Positions 29,827 to 39,363 of a stretch of DNA of 64,000 nucleotides are shown piece by piece. The position numbers were made by a program, and so were the translations under genes. Source of the stretch: Tubulanus polymorphus (lineage: Eukaryota; Animalia; Nemertea); NCBI RefSeq assembly GCF_964204645.1, contig NC_134027.1, positions 15,904,485 to 15,968,484 on the forward strand, in the 5' to 3' direction. The notes beneath the pieces were generated by a model. It saw only the letters and a list, made by a program, of their open reading frames with translations, had not been told where the DNA came from and did not search any database. Every line of letters starts with the position of its first letter. Within the stretch, counting starts at the first letter, position 1.

Positions 29827-30050
29827 TTGTTTGTTTGTCTTTTTGTTTGTTTGGCTTTACCTACGTCGTTTGGATCTTGGTTTCCCAAGACTATTCCTAT
29901 TGGATTGTTCATTTCTCACAACGGTACGGCCTTTGAAGTGTTGCCTGCACACTGTTCGCAGCCAGCAGGACTCGAACCCACTTGTAACTCAGCATTGATA
30001 GTGGATTCAACAGCATCACGCCTTATCTCACTGAGCTACCGAGGCCGGTC
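29827..30050 (-). mobile_element. tRNA-derived SINE
   Basis: Minus strand has an A-box TAGCTCAGTGAG, a B-box GGTTCGAGTCC, a short body and an (AAAC)n tail; a related head occurs at ~45430. Confidence 0.75.
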
Positions 30051-31124
30051 GATTCAATTCCAAAAAACTACAGCAACGGCAAATAACCATCGCAATATTG
30101 CAATTTACGACACACAACGCGTAAATTCAATCACTGTTGTGCAACGCATGGAAAAGATAATAAAAGGTATTTTTTCCCGGCGCGCAATGCAAAGCGAATC
30201 TCTGCCGAGTGCGTAAGAGGGTGCTACCGCCTTATGAGTGCGCAGCAGGTGGGTAGGGCGTCCTAAAAAGAAAACTTATATTAGAATATAGCCGAATCGA
30301 ATTTTACAATGTCAGTCAACTGATTGATAATACAACTCGGTGTACTTAACAATGATATTTTCCTCCAATAAACAACTCTGGTAAAATTGAATAAAATGAT
30401 CTATCTTTATTGGTGATATCCTATCATGGTGGTAGCCTACCGTTTACCGTTTGATGTTTCGTGTCATCATGAAATGGTTTTAACTTTAGTAAAGGCGTTC
30501 CCGCACGATTACACACGGGTTTCAGTCAAGAGTAGGCTGCCGTTCCACTGCTCTAGAAATACGTATTCTGACGCTGAGAATTAATCCCAAATAATCCCAT
30601 GGATACTGATAGTTGGAATAACAGTGATATCCAAACACTGTGATATTTATAAACCGGAGGTACATAATTTTATGTTTTTCTATTCAGAAGAGGCTGTTCC
30701 CATTCTTTACTGCCAATGTCAATGCGGACATATCGCTACGCGATTGTTTAACCCGCTCTCATCTACCAGATAATGAACGAGAAAAATGCGATCGAATGAC
30801 TTTTTGGACCATTAAATCAGAAATCTGGCAACGCTATGTTGTGGGGAATAATTGAAACATTTTTTTTAGTCATTTTCAGCTGTTTCTAATGTTTGACGTG
30901 AACGGAGTGACAATTTGAAGTTACTATGAAAATGAGAAGACTCGGCGCTATTTTTTCGTGCTACTATTTTCGATCCATTTTACTAGCATTGGCATGACGT
31001 CATAGACGTCAACCAATGCTAAAAATCAAAACAATGATATTTTTACGGACCAAATTGACAAACCCCCCACGCTACGGGCCTGATTTAACCTTATGACCTT
31101 TAGTTCATTTCCTAATGAAGACTC

Positions 31125-32790
31125 TATGGCTGAGAATACCAGTCGTCGTTACGGTTCCCTACAACGTCTGACGCTTAAGTATCATATAGAGGTTAACTCC
31201 TGTTAATTGCAATGCAACAACTGATTTTAGTGTCAAATCAAACCTTTGTACTAAAATAAATTAATAAGTTACCTTGTTGACTTTGAAAACGTGTTTTATA
31301 ATAAAATTTTTGATGATTTAAAATCGCGAACAGGAGAATTTATTGATTTGATTTGATTGCCACTATCGGATTTCCAATACGGACTAAATTAATAAAATGT
31401 GAAAATTCAATATGTCTCTCTACAATTACTCTAAATGTTATTTTTTGTTGATAAAACACATAAATTTTGGTCAATTTTAACCTTAAGGATTTGAAACAAG
31501 AATAAGCATAATATCTGCATTGGCATCAATGTCAGTCCAAGTCTAAGTTCGAATCCGTAATTTACACTCCCATCATGCACCACCAAAAGCCGCCATATTT
31601 GTCATGTTGCTTCACTTCAACTGTTTTTTGAGGCGACTAGTCAAAAGTTTTGAGCTAGTACGATCATCAAAAGCTACTTAGGATTACAAATTTATGCACA
31701 AACAATAGTTTACTTCCATCTGATTACAATACAGTCAGTTTGAGGTAAGTTGATGGTGTTTTAAGGGGTGAAATAGACGCTCAAAGCATCGTCCCTCAAA
31801 ATGAGGGACGAAAATTAACCTTATATGAGCACTTTCGCCCTAGACGTTGTTTGAGGAACAACGGCTACTGTCTGTCACACCTGCTCTCCCTGCAACGTTT
31901 TGGCCCGTAATTTCGTTAATAATCGGTTTATCTACCTTTATTAGGCCTACCCATCAATTTGTTAAGTGAGGAATTTGCATTCAGAAATAAACAACAATTT
32001 TTACTAAAGTTGTTTTTGTTTTCATTTATGAGCGATAGTTTACTCAGCATACGCTCGCGTAATGCTGAAAAATCCGCTCCGCGGACGCTCGGAAACGTTA
32101 CAGTGACGTCATCACCTGCGCATTAGCATATCAAAATACAGTGATATGACAGTTATATATCCTATTATTCCATCCAATTGTGAGACACTATCAATTTGTG
32201 AAACGTCTTTACTAATATAAAAGAAAAGGTACTTGACGAAGCGTGGGCGTATAGGAAAAACTTTACAGGCGTTGAGACGGCAACACTAGGTCACACGGGC
32301 ACCTGCTACAAGTATTCCCCTTCTATATTCAAATAAAGCGGGATTTCGTTATGACGTCACTCAACGGTTGAACGACGTTCGGTGACCTAGTGTTGCCGTC
32401 TCAACGCCTGTAAAGTTTTTCCTATACGCTCACGCTTCGTCAACTACCTTTTCTTTTATATTACTAAAGACGTTTCACAAATTGATAGTGTCTCACAGTC
32501 GGATGGAATAATAGGATATATAACTGTCATATCACTAGTAAGTGTCATATAGGCCTAAAATAAAAGTTTTGATTTTAGATTGAAAAACGAAGTTTGTTCA
32601 GTATTTTGTGAGGTCGCCGTGTGTGGAGCCAGCGGCCATCCAAGACGTTTTTTCTCGCATTTATTGCAGAATAACCACTCAAAACACAGATACACTATCA
32701 AAAACCCCAGGAACTGTATCCCAAGCCCATCGGCGAGTGCCTGTGGTCAGACGTTGTACGGAACCGTAACAACAACTGGTATTCAGACTA
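31125..32790. mobile_element. Non-autonomous TIR element with TAG-type termini (possibly Academ-like)
   Basis: ~50-bp imperfect inverted repeat GAATACCAGTCGTCGTTACGGTTCCCTACAACGTCTGAC (~31134) / GTCAGACGTTGTACGGAACCGTAACAACAACTGGTATTCAGACTA (to 32790). Confidence 0.5.
32139..32538. mobile_element. Palindromic MITE with ~155-bp TIRs (possibly Tc1/mariner type)
   Basis: 32140-32294 is the near-perfect reverse complement of 32382-32536; TA on both flanks. Confidence 0.8.
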
Positions 32791-33117
32791 GGGATTGACT
32801 ACAATTAATTTTCTATGTGTTCCTAGTCACTGACAATATTTTGTGTGTATTTCATTATACACTCATAATACACAATACATACACAACACAAATTACAATA
32901 TCAAAATACACGAGGACGAGGTTGTTTTCGAATCGAAATTTGTTAGTATAAAAAATTAAATCAAGCTGTGACGAAGCGTCCGTCACTTAGATTTCATCTA
33001 TTACATATTAAACCCTTCTTTCATTTAGGCCTTTTAAATTGTTTCTATCGTGTTTGGAAAATTTTCACTTGAAAACCCTACTGAGGTGCAATGTCAATAA
33101 GTCTGGGCCTGACCAAC

Positions 33118-33217
33118 CTTTTATTTGACTTTCTAGGTCTAACACTATGTCTTTGTCCTTCCGCATTATTGCAACGTTAACACTATCGCAATCACTACTT
33201 GATGAAAAAGAACTCAT
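33118..33217 (-). CDS. SRGAP: srGAP-family RhoGAP, first coding exon (start codon uncertain: 33253, 33217 or 33166)
   Basis: MSSFSSSSDCDSVNVAIMRKDKDIVLDLESQIK resembles the srGAP N-terminus KKDKEII.EY..Q.K; donor AAAG|GTTGGT is phase 1, and G+AT restores Asp with exon 2. Confidence 0.8.
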
Positions 33218-33938
33218 TTTTAAGTAGAACAAAAACACCAAACTTATGGACATAGGCCTAGGCTATAGGCCTACAGTGCACTGTGGAGTGTGAGGTGCTG
33301 AGGCGCGGCCATTGAACACAAATATACCATGTTGCCTGAACCGTGTTGTCTTCACATTCGATATTCAATTCAATTTAATGTAGTTTTTTCAATTCAATTT
33401 AAATCAGGCAAAAGTTCATGTCTTGAGGCCGAAGTTGGCACTAGCTTTATAGACATAGATATAACTATAATACGTACTGCCCACATATAAGAAAAGGGAG
33501 TACCGGTACCGGGTACCGGTACCGTAAGTTCGATGTCGTAAATTTTGAGAATTCCTTGATAATCGGGCATAACCCCACAAGAAAAATAACTTCATTTCGT
33601 AGGCAATGTGACTATGTTCAGATTCAAGAAATTTCACAAAATGGAGGATTTTCTCTCTTATTCAACTTGACTAATGGAGACTTTTTGCCAACCATTATGA
33701 GTTTTCCGGTTTGCTCGGCTACCAGTACTCTGGCGGGGTAGTCTAGAGAGGCCAATGAAAACTTCGGTTTGCTGAACTACCCCTCTTTGCGGGGATGCGG
33801 TATGATGTTTGATCTGACAGTTTCAAGTGCTTACAACGATGCTTATTACTTCTTGGTACATGGGTGTTACTAAAACTATGCACACTAAAACGAAGACCGA
33901 AGACCTATGCACTTTGCGAGACTAAAACTATGCATGAC

Positions 33939-34275
33939 AGTAATATGGGTAATAGGCTTTCAGGCCAAAGGTCGAACGGTCGAGCTCATAAAAAATGAAA
34001 AATATGAAAAAATAATAACAATTTCTACTTGAATTAGTCGCGAAACTCATAAAAAATGAAAAATAATTCTCACACACTCGAATTTATTTTTCATTTTTAC
34101 TCGCTAGAAAAAAGTGTGAGTAAAGTGTGAGTGAAATAAATTCGAGCGTGTGAGAATTATTTTTCATTTTTATGAGTTTCACTCCTAATTCAAGTAGAAA
34201 TTGTTATCATTTTCATATTTTTTAATGAACTCGACCATTCAACCTTTAACCTGAAAGCCCATTACCCCTATTACT
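33939..34275. repeat. Left terminal hairpin (two inverted copies of the element terminus)
   Basis: 33939-~34090 is the imperfect reverse complement of ~34134-34275, which ends CCCATTACCCCTATTACT. Confidence 0.85.
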
Positions 34276-34395
34276 CTTAAAATATTCATATATATGAATA
34301 AAATATATATGAATAACATATAAATTGATAGATTATTCAATATAAAAGTGTGAGTGAAATAATTCATATTTAAAACATTGAATATTTATATTTGA

Positions 34396-35046
34396 ATGAG
34401 TTTTAATAAAAATTTTGTTATAAAAATGAAGAAAGAAGAAGAAGAACCCAACTTTAAAATCGAAATCAATGAAACCAATAAATCATTGTCACAGTTTAAC
34501 ATTAAAAATTATATTTCAGCAACAAATTTAGTGTCTCCCAGACATTATAAAATTGAAAATATTACTGTAATTAATCAAATATTATCAAATGAAACATATT
34601 TAATTACTAAACTAATTGATACTTTTGATAATGGTGTTAAAAATCCTAAATTGTTCGATACAGTTTTAAATTTTAAAGGAACTTTAGATGAAAACATAAT
34701 TAATATTCTTAAAACTCCTTTCAATGAAAGAAATGATGATATAATACTTTCAAAAGATTACAATGATTTGATTAACTTAAGAATTGAAAAAAGACAATTA
34801 TATTATTTCAATTTTGATAATAAACAAATTATCTATAATGAAAATTCATCAAATATTGGAATTCAATGTGAATTAGATAATGAAAAATCATTTAAAGATA
34901 TTGCAGTTCAATGTAATTTAGATGATGAATTTAGAAAATTCAATCCTAATGAAAAAGTGCATTGCTACTGCGGAGGTAAATACTTAAAATCACATAAATC
35001 AAAGCATTATGAAACAATTAAACATAAAAACTGGCGTAAAGAGTAA
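34396..35046 (+). CDS. 216-aa hypothetical protein with a C-terminal CxC...H-x5-H zinc-finger-like motif (element-encoded)
   Basis: Intact ATG-TAA ORF in very AT-rich DNA; C-terminus KVHCYCGGKYLKSHKSKHYETIKH; mirrored in the other arm. Confidence 0.7.
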   Translation: MSFNKNFVIKMKKEEEEPNFKIEINETNKSLSQFNIKNYISATNLVSPRHYKIENITVINQILSNETYLITKLIDTFDNGVKNPKLFDTVLNFKGTLDENIINILKTPFNERNDDIILSKDYNDLINLRIEKRQLYYFNFDNKQIIYNENSSNIGIQCELDNEKSFKDIAVQCNLDDEFRKFNPNEKVHCYCGGKYLKSHKSKHYETIKHKNWRKE

Positions 35047-35098
35047 CAATTTTACATTATAATTATTGAATTGAGTTAAATGATTTAAATATCTAATA

Positions 35099-35660
35099 GA
35101 CTGTTAAAATGATAAATTGTTTGACAGTTGAAATGATAAATTGTTTGACAGTTGAAATGATAAATTGTTTGACAGTTGAAATGATAAATTGTTTGACAGT
35201 TGAAATGATAAATTGTTTGACAGTTGAAATGATAAATTGTTTGGCAGTTGAAGAAATGATAAATTGTTTGACAGTTAAAATGATAAATTGTTTGACAGTT
35301 GAAATGATAAATTGTTCTACAGTTGAAATGATAAATTGTTCGACAGTTGAAATGATAAATTGTTCGACTGTTGAAATGATAAATTGTTCGACTGTTGAAA
35401 TGATAAATTGTTCGACTGTTGAAATGATAAATTGTTTGACAGTTGAAATGATAAATTGTTTGACAGTTGAAATGATAAATTGTTTGACAGTTAAAATGAT
35501 AAATTGTTCGACAGTTAAAATGATAAATTGTTCGACAGTTGAAATGATAAATTGTTTGACAGTTGAAATGATAAATTGTTTGACAGTTGAAATGATAAAT
35601 TGTTTGACTGTTGAAATGTAAAATTGTTAGACTGTTGAAATGTTAAATTGTTTGGCTGTA
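35099..35660 (+). repeat. 24-bp tandem array, left arm (~23 units)
   Basis: Unit GACAGTTGAAATGATAAATTGTTT with TTCG/TTCT/ACTG variants; degenerates toward 35660. Confidence 0.97.
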
Positions 35661-35735
35661 AATTTAATTGTTATTTGATTTGAAACATATAAATATTAAA
35701 TATTTTATAAACTGTTTAATTTTTCTCTTAAATAA

Positions 35736-35957
35736 ATGGATGGTTTCATCCCAACTGGGAAAAGTGATTTGAAACATTATTTAGTAGCAGGCGGATTAAT
35801 ATTGGCTGCGCTTTTCTTTTATTATGAAAATATCAGTAAGGATTTGATGAGGAATGAAAATATAAAATTGAGCAAGAAATTAAAGAAGTTAAATGGAAAC
35901 AATCACAGAAAGAATAACAATAAAAAAGTTAATTTAGAAAATGATTTAGAGGAATAA
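35736..35957 (+). CDS. 73-aa putative single-pass membrane protein (central cargo)
   Basis: AAATAA-ATG start; hydrophobic stretch YLVAGGLILAALFFYY followed by a basic/Asn-rich tail. Confidence 0.45.
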   Translation: MDGFIPTGKSDLKHYLVAGGLILAALFFYYENISKDLMRNENIKLSKKLKKLNGNNHRKNNNKKVNLENDLEE

Positions 35958-36004
35958 AACAGCATCTTTTAATTTAATTTATTCTATATATTTTGTCTAT
36001 AAAA

Positions 36005-36247
36005 ATGAGTGAAAATAAGGTATTAGAAATATTACATCTAATATATAAAAATCAACAGAATATTAAATCAATTATTATGATTTCAGGTTTATTTTCATTC
36101 TCAGTTTATACTATAAAACAGTTGTTAGAATTCTATCATTGTTGTAAAATTAGATACACTGAATTAAGAGAAAATATGAATTATATTTCAGATAGATTGA
36201 ATAATATTAAATGCTGTGAAATATGCAATAAAAGATATAAAAGTTAA
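36005..36247 (+). CDS. 80-aa putative membrane-associated, Cys-containing protein (central cargo)
   Basis: AAAA-ATG start at 36005; hydrophobic IIMISGLFSFSVY, heptad-like segment, C-terminal CCEIC. Confidence 0.4.
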   Translation: MSENKVLEILHLIYKNQQNIKSIIMISGLFSFSVYTIKQLLEFYHCCKIRYTELRENMNYISDRLNNIKCCEICNKRYKS

Positions 36248-36406
36248 AAGAGTTTGAGAAATCACATGTATATTCATGAACTTGATGAAAAATTATATGA
36301 ATCAAAATAAGAAATCGACTGTTAAATTAGCTGAAAATATAAAATATATTAGTTGAAATGTATGAAAATAAAAGCTAATAAAAAAGGGGGTTGAGGTATC
36401 AATTAT

Positions 36407-37260
36407 TATCATTTCAACTGTCAAACAATTTATCATTTCAACTGTCAAACAATTTATCATTTCAGCTGTCAAACAATTTATCATTTCAACTGTAGAACAA
36501 TTTATCATTTCAACTGTCAAACAATTTATCATTTTAACTGTCAAACAATTTATCATTTCAACTGCCAAACAATTTATCATTTCAACTGTCAAACAATTTA
36601 TCATTTCAACTGTCAAACAATTTATCATTTCAACAGTCGAACAATTTATCATTTCAACAGTCGAACAATTTAACATTTCAACAGTCGAACAATTTATCAT
36701 TTCAACTGTCGAACAATTTATCATTTCAACTGTCAAACAATTTATCATTTCAACTGCCAAACAATTTATCATTTCAACTGTCAAACAATTTATCATTTCA
36801 ACTGTCAAACAATTTATCATTTCAACTGTCAAACAATTTATCATTTCAACTGTCAAACAATTTATCATTTCAACTGTCAAACAATTTATCATTTCAGCTG
36901 TCAAACAATTTATCATTTCAACAGTAGAACAATTCATCATTTCAACTGTCGAACAATTTATCATTTCAACTGTCAAACAATTTATCATTTCAACTGCCAA
37001 ACAATTTATCATTTTAACTGTCAAATAATTTATCATTTCAACTGCCAAACAATTTATCATTTCAACTGTCAAACAATTTATCATTTCAACTGTCGAACAA
37101 TTTATCATTTCAACTGTCAAACAATTTATCATTTCAACTGTCAAACAATTTATCATTTCAACTGTCAAACAATTTATCATTTTAACTGTCAAACAATTTA
37201 TCATTTCAACTGCCAAACAATTTATCATTTCAACTGTCAAACAATTTATCATTTTAACAG
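36407..37260 (-). repeat. 24-bp tandem array, right arm (~35 units), inverted relative to the left array
   Basis: Plus-strand unit AAACAATTTATCATTTCAACTGTC is the reverse complement of the left unit. Confidence 0.97.
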
Positions 37261-37314
37261 TTTATTAGATATTTAAATCATTTAACTCAATTCAATAATT
37301 ATAATGTAGAATTG

Positions 37315-37965
37315 TTACTCTTTACGCCAGTTTTTATGTTTTTATGTTTCATAATGCTTTGATTTATGTGATTTTAAGTATTTACCTCCGCAATAACAAT
37401 GCACTTTTTCATTAGGATTGAATTTTCTAAATTCATCATCTAAATTACATTGAACTGCAATATCTTTAAATGATTTTTCATTATCTAATTCACATTGAAT
37501 TCCAATATTTGATGAATTTTCATTATAGATAATTTGTTTATTATCAAAATTGAAATAATATAATTGTCTTTTTTCAATTCTTAAGTTAATCAAATCATTG
37601 TAATCTTTTGAAAGTATTATATCATCATTTCTTTCATTGAAAGGAGTTTTAAGAATATTAATTATGTTTTCATCTAAAGTTCCTTTAAAATTTAAAACTG
37701 TATTGAACAATTTAGGATTTTTAACACCATTATCAAAAGTATCAATTAGTTAAGTAATTAAATATGTTTCATTTGATAATATTTGATTAATTACAGTAAT
37801 ATTTTCAATTTTATAATGTCTTGCGGACACTAAATTTGTTGCTGAAATATAATTTTTAATGTTAAACTGTGAAAATGATTTATTGGTTTCATTGATTTCG
37901 ATTTTAAAGTTGGGTTCTTCCTCTTCTTTCTTCATTTTTATAACAAAATTTTTATTAAGATTCAT
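37315..37965 (-). pseudogene. Inverted copy of the 216-aa zinc-finger ORF with two nonsense changes
   Basis: Near-identical translation; AAA>TAA at ~37750 and ATT>TAA at ~37342. Confidence 0.85.
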
Positions 37966-38085
37966 TCAAATATAAATATTCAATGTTTTAAATATGAATT
38001 ATTTCACTCACACTTTTATATTGAATAATCTATCAATTTATATGTTATTCATATATATTTTATTCATGTATATGAATATTTTAAG

Positions 38086-38427
38086 AGAATAGGGGTAATG
38101 GGCTTTCAGGTTAAAGGTTGAATAGTCGAGTTCATTAAAAAATGAAAAATATGAAAATAATAACAATTTCTACTTGAATTAGGAGTGAAACTCATAAAAA
38201 ATGAAAAATAATTCTCACACGCTCGAATTTATTTCACTCACACTTTACTCACACTTTTTTCTAGCGAGTAAAAATGAAAAATAAATTCGAGTGTGTGAGA
38301 ATTATTTTTCATTTTTTATGAGTTTCGCGACTAATTCAAGTAGAAATTGTTATTATTTTCATAATTTTCATTTTTTATGAGCTCGACCGTTCGACCTTTG
38401 GCCTGAAAGCCTATTACCCCTATTACT
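38086..38427. repeat. Right terminal hairpin
   Basis: AG(-)AATAGGGGTAATGGGCTTTCAGG at 38086 pairs with CCTGAAAGCCTATTACCCCTATTACT ending at 38427. Confidence 0.85.
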
Positions 38428-39363
38428 CATGACTAAAACGGAAGACCGAAGACCTATGCACTCATTAGAAATCATAACTAGGGGCGCTATCTGTATATTC
38501 AACCATCTGTAAATCTGCTATCTGCTATCTGTAAATAACGTTTGTTATGTTTCAAAGTGCTTTTATCTACTGTTTTTGTAAATAATTGTAAATACTGTTT
38601 TTTCCTCCATGTACCATGGGAATGGTTGGAGTGTAATAAATATTCGTATTCGTACCACCTCTGTCGATGAGTATAGGCAATCGGGACCTACTAGATATGT
38701 AACGTAAAATGTTCGGTTATTTTTCTCGGGTGCATAGGTCTTCGTTTTAGTAGTGCATAGTTTTAGTAACACCCACACACGCAAAACTAAAACTATGCAT
38801 GACTAAAACGAAGACCTATGCACTTTTACAAAACTTACTTCAAACATAGAATTATTCACGCAACCACTTCGGGGAAGCTCCAGTTACGACTATGCCGATA
38901 AATGTACGTATTTACGTATGTACGCATATGTGAATTGTGTAGACATCGTTCAGAAGGTACTGGACAATCCTAAGATTAGGAAAGTAGGTATTGAGTAAAT
39001 GGCAGAAACAATTATACTTAATGATTCCTTCTTAATTGTATTATTATATTCTTGCATGAAAGTTTAATATGTGTATGATTAACATGGATGATGACCTTTT
39101 ATTCTTTTACACTGAGGCCAGAATTTGACTGCTCAGTGTCATACCGTTTAAATTATGTTTACGTAGAATGTATGACGAAGTGAATGTGCACCTTGTGTAT
39201 AACGCTCAGAAGAGAGTATTATTTAGTTTCTAATTCTAATCGTCTTTTCAAGCTGACAGGTGACCACACGAATTGTTTTTCATTGTTAGTGGTATAATCA
39301 TGTACATTATAAGCATGTACCGACGACCCAGTATCTAGTGGAAGCTGCACTACAAGCAAACGT

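Larger units (their letters stand above)
33939..38427. mobile_element. Non-autonomous Polinton/Maverick-like palindromic element (4,489 bp)
   Basis: Termini AGTAATA.GGGTAATAGGC...GCCTATTACCCCTATTACT; 6-bp TSD CATGAC (33933-33938 and 38428-38433); ~1.7-2.0-kb inverted arms; empty-site motif ACTATGCATGACTAAAACG at ~38792. Confidence 0.8.
33861..38775. mobile_element. Small TIR element that served as insertion target of the Polinton-like palindrome
   Basis: TGGGTGTTACTAAAACTATGCAC.ACTAAAACGAAGACC (33861) / GGTCTTCGTTTTAGTAGTGCATAGTTTTAGTAACACCCA (to 38775); subterminal repeats. Confidence 0.65.

Noticed and set aside
29961-30050. Functional tRNA gene
   Set aside because: A and B boxes are present but I cannot fold a clean cloverleaf, and it is followed by a body and simple-repeat tail typical of a SINE
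822-33741. Numerous 60-130 aa ORFs in the supplied track
   Set aside because: Apart from those overlapping srGAP exons or retroelement remnants, they have no recognisable motifs and fall in repeats or antisense to TE genes
35109-37252. 170-aa and 316-aa (MINCLTVE)n ORFs as real genes
   Set aside because: An open frame follows automatically from a stop-free 24-bp unit; kept only as a hypothesis in the findings
35099-37260. CRISPR array (units contain GTTGAAAT, similar to CRISPR repeat ends)
   Set aside because: Units are head-to-tail with no unique spacers, no cas genes are present and the context is eukaryotic
33939-38427. Assembly or chimeric-read fold-back artefact
   Set aside because: The arms differ by substitutions and array length, there is a unique core, and an exact TSD with a nearby empty-site motif; long-read confirmation is still advisable
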